DNA of 33,071 bases from a virus (taxonomy: Duplodnaviria; Caudoviricetes). The DNA lies in the IMG/VR virus record IMGVR_UViG_3300048121_002246, positions 1-33,071 of that record; one strand, 5' to 3'. Both the position numbers and the translations under genes were made by a program. The notes under the pieces were generated by a model, which saw only the letters and a list, made by a program, of their open reading frames with translations, did not search any database and was not told the DNA's origin. Shown here piece after piece: positions 1 to 6,580 of this stretch. The first letter of the stretch is position 1, and each line of letters starts with the position of its first letter.

Positions 1-361
1 TCATTACCACGTATTCAAATTCTTTTTCTTTGGCAAAGGAAATCGCTTTAGCTAGGAGCTTCCTACCCACTCTTGGGTTCTTAGAAAGCCATAGGTATTC
101 TGTAAACATCTCTTTACCAAATTTCTCATTCTTATGGTTTAAGAATGCGATCATTGCATCAAACTTATTCGACTCGTTCTTATGACCCCAGACAAAGAAA
201 TCCCATGCCAGTATAGATTTATTACCAAAAGCATTAAAGATATACTCTTGGTTATGCTCTACTAGAGCATGACCGTTCACCTTGTTCTCTTCTTCAAAGA
301 GGGTATATATGTCACCCAATAAGACTTTAAATTCTTCTGGGTCTAGTATCCTTTTAATCAT
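1..361 (-). CDS. Partial (runs off the left edge) GNAT-like acetyltransferase
   Basis: Not in the ORF track. ATG at 361-359 overlaps the upstream stop (TAATG). The frame stays open to position 1: MIKRILDPEEF...EYLWLSKNPRVGRKLLAKAISFAKEKEFEYVVM. 'RVGRKLLAKAISFAKE' resembles GNAT motif A. Confidence 0.55.
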   Translation of the reverse strand, partial: MIKRILDPEEFKVLLGDIYTLFEEENKVNGHALVEHNQEYIFNAFGNKSILAWDFFVWGHKNESNKFDAMIAFLNHKNEKFGKEMFTEYLWLSKNPRVGRKLLAKAISFAKEKEFEYVVM

Positions 362-1134
362 TAGCTGAGTGCCGCTATAAGCTTTCTAGCCTCTTTTGTA
401 GGAATATCAGAGAAAGAACCCCATGATGTAGCGTCTTCATTCTGGTACTTCTTACTTCTCCATAAATCTCTGAGGACGTTCTTACAATCATCAAAGGAAT
501 CTACTCCATGCTTCTCTCTAAGAGTCTTTTCTAAAAGGTCTGTAGGAGATGTTATTGTAGAAGCTCCCGAAGAAGCCTCTACTACTTGACCAGCGCCCTT
601 TGATTTGTCGATCTCATCAGCACCGACGATATGAATATTGAGATAATTACGCACACATCTGACAAAAGCTCTATTACAAGCGATTGTCTCTAAGAACTTA
701 GCGCAGAATGCATCTGTATTAGCTAAAGTAGCATTAGCTACATCTGTATAAGTAGTGCTGGATGATTCATAATTACCATCCCATTGGATTGTGCATTTTG
801 CTGTGACGTAGCCGTCTGAGATATTATCAACGTCAAAATCTACAGAGCTGTAACCTCTCATCTTAGCGATCTCCTTGATACCACCCAGCATAATCAACAA
901 CTGTTTATCTTCTAAACCTTCATTAGACGAGGGCATAGACATATTACGCATGTCAAACCAACCTTTGTTTGGGTAAAGGAACTCATCCTTGATCATTGCC
1001 CTCCAATCAACAGACCCATCCTTGTTGAACACATACTCTGCGTTCTCTAATAGCCCATATTGATTACGCTTGTAAGCGTCTGGTCCATAGAATTTTTTTG
1101 CTGCCTTCTTCTTTGTTGTTTTAGTCGCGCTCAT
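361..1134 (-). CDS. Rad52/Sak-like single-strand annealing protein (putative)
   Basis: 257 aa. Beta strands 'YVTAKCTIQW' are followed by 'LETIACNRAFVRCVRNYLNIHIVGADEI', resembling the A-x-(T/N)-R-A-x-x-R helix of Rad52-like phage annealases. Confidence 0.5.
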   Translation of the reverse strand: MSATKTTKKKAAKKFYGPDAYKRNQYGLLENAEYVFNKDGSVDWRAMIKDEFLYPNKGWFDMRNMSMPSSNEGLEDKQLLIMLGGIKEIAKMRGYSSVDFDVDNISDGYVTAKCTIQWDGNYESSSTTYTDVANATLANTDAFCAKFLETIACNRAFVRCVRNYLNIHIVGADEIDKSKGAGQVVEASSGASTITSPTDLLEKTLREKHGVDSFDDCKNVLRDLWRSKKYQNEDATSWGSFSDIPTKEARKLIAALS

Positions 1135-2260
1135 AGATATAGAAATGTTTTGATTCTCTCCAATATTCAGGAGTATCTAGCACTTTATTATTACCGTCAA
1201 GACTTTTTTTCCAATGCGCGTAACTTAAATACTCTTTCCCGCCCTCTATAAGACGCAAAGAAGACATAAACCTAGCATCCTCCCCAACCTCACAAGGAGC
1301 TTTCTCTTCACTTTCATAAGGAACCACTGGTATATCGAAGTACTTATTCCTTAATGCACTAAGATCCTCTTTATTCTTTACGACCATAGTCAGATCTATA
1401 TTAAAATTCTTTAACACTTGGAAATAATTAGCTGGAATAGTATCCCAGCTTGAGTCGATAAATAGAAGAAATTTGTTTATGTTATTAGCTACTCTTTGTA
1501 GACCGTGAGGCTGAATCAATGAATCTGCCGTTATGGAGACTTTGTAATTGCTGCAATACTTCAAGAACGAAATCTCATCACAACCATAATCAGCCCTAAT
1601 CATAAGCTCTTGCCCTTTAGGAATTCTTAAAGGGACAAATGATGTGGGGATAACTTCCACTACAGAACGAGAAAATAATTTACCTATATTTTTTGTTACA
1701 AATTTTACAGGCTCTTTTTCTATAGCTAGTAGATCTAAAACTTGTTGAGCGATCACTTCAGGTTTGATTGTGTCTATCTGCTTCTTAGGGTCTTCTTTTG
1801 CGAAACAAGGCTTCTTATCCCAATCTGGTTCTATATTTTTGTTTATAGATGGGTAGGAGAAGAAAGGTTTAGCATTCTCAGGAAAAGCATTTCCATAAAC
1901 AGTCACTGTAGGGATTTCTCTACTGCTAGCTAATTGAGCTAAAGCCCCATCACAACCTAAATGAACTAAAGATTTAGAAAGAACATAGGATTGCTGCTTA
2001 AAGGAGACATTTAACGCTGTATGCACTCCTTCAATTTTCTTTTCTCCGCCCATTTGAATAACTTGAATCCCAGCTCTATCTAAGAAAGGCTCTAGTAAAC
2101 TTAAAACTATATCATAATGAGAATAGATCTTAGATGATACACCAGCTTGATTTACAGTAATATACTTTTCTGGTAATGTGGGAAAAAAATGATCCCTGAC
2201 TATAGGCTCAGAGATTTTAACCCCCAAACTCTTTGCGTATTCTTCTATTAGGTGAGACAT
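1121..2260 (-). CDS. GT9 (heptosyltransferase-like) C-terminal domain plus an unknown C-terminal domain
   Basis: 'VIQMGG' and 'HLGCDGALAQLASSREIPTVTVYG' match the GT9 D-S-G-x-x-H-L-A-x-A-x-x-x-P-T-V-x-L-F-G motif in degenerate form. Confidence 0.65.
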   Translation of the reverse strand: MSHLIEEYAKSLGVKISEPIVRDHFFPTLPEKYITVNQAGVSSKIYSHYDIVLSLLEPFLDRAGIQVIQMGGEKKIEGVHTALNVSFKQQSYVLSKSLVHLGCDGALAQLASSREIPTVTVYGNAFPENAKPFFSYPSINKNIEPDWDKKPCFAKEDPKKQIDTIKPEVIAQQVLDLLAIEKEPVKFVTKNIGKLFSRSVVEVIPTSFVPLRIPKGQELMIRADYGCDEISFLKYCSNYKVSITADSLIQPHGLQRVANNINKFLLFIDSSWDTIPANYFQVLKNFNIDLTMVVKNKEDLSALRNKYFDIPVVPYESEEKAPCEVGEDARFMSSLRLIEGGKEYLSYAHWKKSLDGNNKVLDTPEYWRESKHFYIYERD

Positions 2261-4153
2261 TTACTTAAGAGAAAATTGATGTTTATTAAGCCCGTTATGG
2301 AGATAGGATAATGATTTTTGTGTTGTAGCGTGTGGATAAAATACCATTTCAAAATACCCCTCATGTTCGCCGCACCCCTCCATAACTAGTTGGTTTTCTA
2401 TAGAAGGGTTGTATGGCATTAATTTGTAAACAGCGGGATTATCATCTATGTAAGGGTAATACTGAGGATTAGTAAACACATACAAATCATGCTCTCGATA
2501 CTGGGATTTAAAATTCTTTAATAAAGAATTAATAAGCAAAACATCCACCTCACTTTGTGGAATAACCACCGCGATTCTTTTGTTGTCTCCATGTTTGGAT
2601 AGCAAAGATTCCATACTAGGAATCTGCGATTTCTGCTTCTCGCGGATGGCTACGTGCTTGAAATAATTCAATACCTCTTGATGACTTTGTCCTTGCTGTA
2701 GCTTAGTCATCCAATGTTTAAATCCCTGAGAATTTTGATCTACATCGTCTTTTAAAATATTCTTATAGATATCTATAATAAACTCTTCGTTAGACGTAAA
2801 CTTACCTGTAGGTAAATAATCAGGATTAAAATCTAGATGAGTTGTCTCATAATCATATTCTACAGGAGGCATTTCATCAATAATCTCCTCTAACTGTTTA
2901 CCAATTACCTCGATACTAAAATTATCTATGGTCCACAGCCTAGATTTTTCCCCTTGATCATCTCGTTCTCCCTGCGTCATATCATGAACTTTCGAGAGCT
3001 GAGAAGATATGCTTTCTGGACAAGTAGAAGCTTTGATAAACTGGGTTCCAGGCTCTCTGTATTCCGTCCACTCCAATGGCAGACCACCCGACTCTTCTGT
3101 ACAACAATCTTCGCCACAGGAATAATTAGTGACCAGTGTTATGAGTTCTGCCAGCTTAGCCTCTTGGATGGGTATTTCTTGACCACCACTTGTGAAGGGG
3201 TGACAGTAAACATCCATCAGATTATAAATTTCATTTAACTGGGCATCAGTGACTCCCCTACCCGTGTTCGTAGTATTGACAGATTTTTGAGTCCCACATG
3301 AACTACATGTCTGCTCTTGCCCTTTGAATGGAGAAATATGATACGCGCCACACTTATTGCAAACATAAGTAGTCAAAATATCTGTATGTTGTATACCTTT
3401 CTCTTTCAAAAGTCTCTGTATATCCCAGCCTTCAGACCAGTGAGTATGCAATAACAACTTAGCTTTTGATTTCGGGTGATCTTCTTTAAATTTCTTAAAT
3501 CCCTCTAAGATATTAGGGACACTTTTCCTAAGTTGGTTACGGAAAACAAACCCAATAACAAATTCATCTTTTAACCCACTTCTCTCCCGAAGGGACTGAC
3601 GTTTTTCATCAGTTAGCTTATGAAAATTGTTTTTATCTAGAGAGCCTCTCAATGTCTTAACATTCCCATAGCCCAACTCCTTCATAGCTTTCTCAGCAAA
3701 AGAAGCCCAAACATAATAATTCTTTATCTTTGGAGCATATTCAATAGCTTGAGGCAGAATTGGCAGACTATCCAGAGTAGTCCAGATCATAGTATTAACT
3801 TTATTCCACCAAGGTTTTGTATGGAACCCATTAAAAGCCCATATATCCTCCATGCCAATGTAAACATCAGGCTTAAACTCTTTAATCGCCCTGTCTACTA
3901 ATTTAGAGCCGTACCCTTGCTCTCTCTGCTGTTCTGCAGTTAATCCCTGCATCTCTTGTGGTTTAGGTAAGCTACCCCTACAAGTCCAAGGTAGGAGCTG
4001 TGTGCTAGGAGCTTCCCATTCTATACCATTAGCTAGCTCGATAAGATTATACTTGCCTGTATCATGGAGATACCGCATGATATTCTTTTTGTTTTTACCG
4101 AAACCAGTGAAAGCTCTAGTAAAATTCGAATGAATTAATACAGTTTTCTTCAT
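2261..4153 (-). CDS. Multidomain glycosyltransferase: GT4-like GT-B fold with zinc-ribbon insertion, DUF4214-like helical domain, and GT9 N-terminal domain
   Basis: GT4 motifs 'FTGFG', 'VFRNQLRK' and 'YNLMDVYCHPFTSGGQEIPIQEA'; CNKC...CSSC; 'EEFIIDIYKNIL...GFKHWMTKL'; C-terminal 'RIAVVIPQSEVDVLLINSLLKNFK...DDNPAV'. Confidence 0.75.
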   Translation of the reverse strand: MKKTVLIHSNFTRAFTGFGKNKKNIMRYLHDTGKYNLIELANGIEWEAPSTQLLPWTCRGSLPKPQEMQGLTAEQQREQGYGSKLVDRAIKEFKPDVYIGMEDIWAFNGFHTKPWWNKVNTMIWTTLDSLPILPQAIEYAPKIKNYYVWASFAEKAMKELGYGNVKTLRGSLDKNNFHKLTDEKRQSLRERSGLKDEFVIGFVFRNQLRKSVPNILEGFKKFKEDHPKSKAKLLLHTHWSEGWDIQRLLKEKGIQHTDILTTYVCNKCGAYHISPFKGQEQTCSSCGTQKSVNTTNTGRGVTDAQLNEIYNLMDVYCHPFTSGGQEIPIQEAKLAELITLVTNYSCGEDCCTEESGGLPLEWTEYREPGTQFIKASTCPESISSQLSKVHDMTQGERDDQGEKSRLWTIDNFSIEVIGKQLEEIIDEMPPVEYDYETTHLDFNPDYLPTGKFTSNEEFIIDIYKNILKDDVDQNSQGFKHWMTKLQQGQSHQEVLNYFKHVAIREKQKSQIPSMESLLSKHGDNKRIAVVIPQSEVDVLLINSLLKNFKSQYREHDLYVFTNPQYYPYIDDNPAVYKLMPYNPSIENQLVMEGCGEHEGYFEMVFYPHATTQKSLSYLHNGLNKHQFSLK

Positions 4154-4647
4154 TAGTGAGAAGCGTTAGCTTTTCTTTTATCGATATTGTTTTGTAATCT
4201 AAAAGCATACAGTTCTTGCAGAAAGAATTTACAAAACTCTAGAAGGTTGTAAGCCTCCGACATTTCCACTCCAATCCCAAATTTATTAGCAGAATTTCTC
4301 GTCACGCCAAAAGAAAAGGCAGGAGTGCCGTCTTTCTTCTGGTAAGGCTTAAACGAGATAGAAGTTTTATTGTCTTGATAAGAGTGAAAAGCTGAAAATT
4401 CAGTATACTTTTCTACAGCATAAATGAATCCACCCACTTCTATTTCGTTAAGCTTAATAGAAATAGACTTATCGGGGTTCTTAGCGTTTTCAGAAAAAGA
4501 ACCAGTTCTTGTTTTATCATTCCAAGAAAATTGTTTTACAGCCCTGATATATATACAAGGCTCTTGATTCTTATTATTGGCTCCGATATCGAAACTGAAA
4601 GCGCACCCAGTGTTCCTAGAATTAGGCTTATAATACTGAACAATCAT
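4153..4647 (-). CDS. Hypothetical protein, possibly a Whirly/PC4-fold ssDNA-binding protein
   Basis: 164 aa with two beta-rich-plus-helix units. 'SIKLNEIEVGGFIYAVEKYTEFSAFH' and 'IGVEMSEAYNLLEFCKFFL' resemble Whirly motifs. Confidence 0.45.
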   Translation of the reverse strand: MIVQYYKPNSRNTGCAFSFDIGANNKNQEPCIYIRAVKQFSWNDKTRTGSFSENAKNPDKSISIKLNEIEVGGFIYAVEKYTEFSAFHSYQDNKTSISFKPYQKKDGTPAFSFGVTRNSANKFGIGVEMSEAYNLLEFCKFFLQELYAFRLQNNIDKRKANASH

Positions 4648-4652
4648 GTAGA

Positions 4653-4680
4653 ATATTAAACATCTACAAGTGTTTTTCTA
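4653..4680 (-). promoter_or_regulatory. Putative sigma70-type promoter, leaderless
   Basis: TAGAAA-16 nt-TAATAT-5 nt-ATG(4647). Confidence 0.4.
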
Positions 4681-4686
4681 CACAAA

Positions 4687-5166
4687 TTAATCTTTAGCTT
4701 TTTTAATCTGTTCTGGTGTCGGAGCGCCCTTATCTCCTTTTTTTCTCATCTTTTCTCCAGAACCACTTTTGATTCTTTGCTTCTTCTTTCGGATATTCTC
4801 CCACAAAGAACTAAATGTTTTATAATCTGGTCCAGCCATATACAATTTATCGCCAGCTTCATTTTTGTAAACATGGTAGCCATCTAAACCCATCTTAGAC
4901 CCATCACTCAAAGCCTCCTCCTTAGTTTTGAAATAGTGACTCATTGGACCATCACTAGATTCAGAAAAGTAATAATAAACATCAGAATCATCCCAAGGAT
5001 TACCAACTATAACAGAAGCTTTACTCTCAGCCTTCTTGAATTGTGAATAGCATACTGCAGTTCTCTGCTTTGCATCAGGGAATTCATCTTTCTCTGAAAG
5101 GTCTAACATACAACGTTCTATAAATTTAGAGCGCTTCTCTCCATCATTTGGTGTTGGTAGTGGCAT
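4687..5166 (-). CDS. Small phage protein with a basic C-terminus, possibly virion-associated
   Basis: N-terminal 'MPLPTPNDGEKRSKFIERCM...QRTAVCYSQF' and C-terminal 'LWENIRKKKQRIKSGSGEKMRKKGDKGAPT' are module types I recognise from aquatic phage hypothetical proteins. Confidence 0.6.
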   Translation of the reverse strand: MPLPTPNDGEKRSKFIERCMLDLSEKDEFPDAKQRTAVCYSQFKKAESKASVIVGNPWDDSDVYYYFSESSDGPMSHYFKTKEEALSDGSKMGLDGYHVYKNEAGDKLYMAGPDYKTFSSLWENIRKKKQRIKSGSGEKMRKKGDKGAPTPEQIKKAKD

Positions 5167-5168
5167 AC

Positions 5169-6233
5169 TTAAGCTTTTACACCGAAAATAGGCTCACAGA
5201 TAGTTTTCATGATAAAATCTCTATTTTTGTGGAATATTTTTACCTTACAGAACCTTTCGTAACAATAAGAAAATGTATCCGCTATATTCAAGATATTATT
5301 ATACCTATATGAATCATACACATAGACCTCTTTTACATACTCAGTAATTAAAATTAAAATCTTTTTCCTTATTTCTATTTCATAGAGAGACTTAAATAGA
5401 GTTCTGTCTTCATTTATCTCCCCCTTCTGGCAAAATATAGATAGTAGTCTAAACTGATCGTCTGGATCTACCCCTAATTCCAAAATTAAGTTAATTAAGT
5501 CTATATATGGATGGCCCATAAATACGTCCTTAAAATCATCTAGATAAAAATTGTCACCATTAACAAAAACAGTATCTAAAGATAATCCTCCATGACATTT
5601 GTATCTATTAGGTAAATTAAAATCTAAGCTTAATTCTTTTATTTCCTCACCCAAAGATAATATGAATTCCTCACACAAATCGTAATCTGTATAACTTTTT
5701 AGAGCCTGTAAGGAATCCTTCGGCAAGTAAGATGAAGGGTTAATACTTCTCAGAAAATCTGACAAATGAGTTTTGTAAGTATTTTTGACACCCCTCGTCT
5801 TTTGAAAAATAAAGTATGATTCAATAAATAAATCTAGCTTACTTAAAAGGGAAGATCTTCCATATTCTCTTAAGCTTTCGCAAGGAGGAATATTTACTAA
5901 AAGATATGTAACTTCGTCTCCTATTTTTAACGTCCCATATTTTACAAGTTTAGGAACTACAGCTGATGCAGAATTCTTAGTCACATTATATTCTTTCTTT
6001 AATACCCCATAAGAATCATCTAGAGATATTTTTAGTTTAAAAATATCACCTTTATCATCTTTTAAAATAAATACATCATAATGATCTTTGATGTCGCCTA
6101 TTGCGATATCTGATAAAATCAAATCAGGTTTTATTCTTTTTATAACCTCTAAAGCAAATGACTTGTCCTGATCTTGATTTTTAGTCTGTGGAAAGGTATA
6201 GACCTTGCCTTTAAATAAAGAAGATAACTTCAC
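5169..6233 (-). CDS. APH/choline-kinase-like fold protein with a degenerate catalytic loop
   Basis: 'FKLKIS...KKEY', 'VPKLV' and 'CHGGLSLDTVFV...YLDDF...GHPYIDL' correspond to the APH pattern HGDxxxxN...IDF...G....DL. Confidence 0.6.
   Translation of the reverse strand: MKLSSLFKGKVYTFPQTKNQDQDKSFALEVIKRIKPDLILSDIAIGDIKDHYDVFILKDDKGDIFKLKISLDDSYGVLKKEYNVTKNSASAVVPKLVKYGTLKIGDEVTYLLVNIPPCESLREYGRSSLLSKLDLFIESYFIFQKTRGVKNTYKTHLSDFLRSINPSSYLPKDSLQALKSYTDYDLCEEFILSLGEEIKELSLDFNLPNRYKCHGGLSLDTVFVNGDNFYLDDFKDVFMGHPYIDLINLILELGVDPDDQFRLLSIFCQKGEINEDRTLFKSLYEIEIRKKILILITEYVKEVYVYDSYRYNNILNIADTFSYCYERFCKVKIFHKNRDFIMKTICEPIFGVKA
5176..5182 (-). promoter_or_regulatory. GTGTAAA motif, candidate phage-specific (late) promoter
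   Basis: GGTGTAAAAG lies about 10 nt upstream of ATG 5166. The same motif precedes the starts at 8981, 24954 and 27663. Confidence 0.4.
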
Positions 6234-6238
6234 ACCTT

Positions 6239-6266
6239 ATAATAAAACTACCCCTTCCTTTTTCAA
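6239..6266 (-). promoter_or_regulatory. Putative sigma70-type leaderless promoter overlapping the terminator hairpin
   Basis: TTGAAA-16 nt-TATTAT-5 nt-GTG(6233). Confidence 0.5.
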
Positions 6267-6277
6267 GGAGGGGGTAG
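6242..6277 (-). terminator. Rho-independent terminator
   Basis: Minus strand reads CTACCCCCTCCTT-GAAA-AAGGAAGGGGTAG-TTTTATT: a 13-bp stem with one mismatch, a GNRA loop and a U-rich tail. Confidence 0.8.
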
Positions 6278-6321
6278 AGTAATATGAACGATAACCTTAC
6301 GTTATCTTTTATCAGCAAGAT

Positions 6322-6546
6322 TTAAAAAACCTTACCAAATTTTTTAGCAGCAATACGCACCCCAGAAATGCTAGCTTTAGAGAAGCGGCGGGTACGATTG
6401 AAATTACGATCATAAACCACAATTGTTTGATCTGTTTCAGACTGAAGCTGAGCGTTGAGTGATTCACCCTGCTTTGTGTAGAGGCCAAAGAAACGTCCTT
6501 TCGAATTGCGAATTGCTTTCATTACCCGTAGGTTTACTTTATCCAT
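6322..6546 (-). CDS. Small basic protein with a probable Sm/Hfq-like fold
   Basis: 74 aa. N-terminal helix, then 'GLYTKQGESLNAQLQSETDQTIVV' (Sm1-like) and 'RRFSKASISGV' (compare Hfq 'MVYKHAISTV'). It has its own promoter and terminator. Confidence 0.55.
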   Translation of the reverse strand: MDKVNLRVMKAIRNSKGRFFGLYTKQGESLNAQLQSETDQTIVVYDRNFNRTRRFSKASISGVRIAAKKFGKVF

Positions 6547-6551
6547 ACCCT

Positions 6552-6580
6552 ATCTTACGCGAATTCAAGAGATTTGTCAA
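6552..6580 (-). promoter_or_regulatory. Sigma70-type promoter, leaderless
   Basis: TTGACA-17 nt-TAAGAT-5 nt-ATG(6546). Confidence 0.7.
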
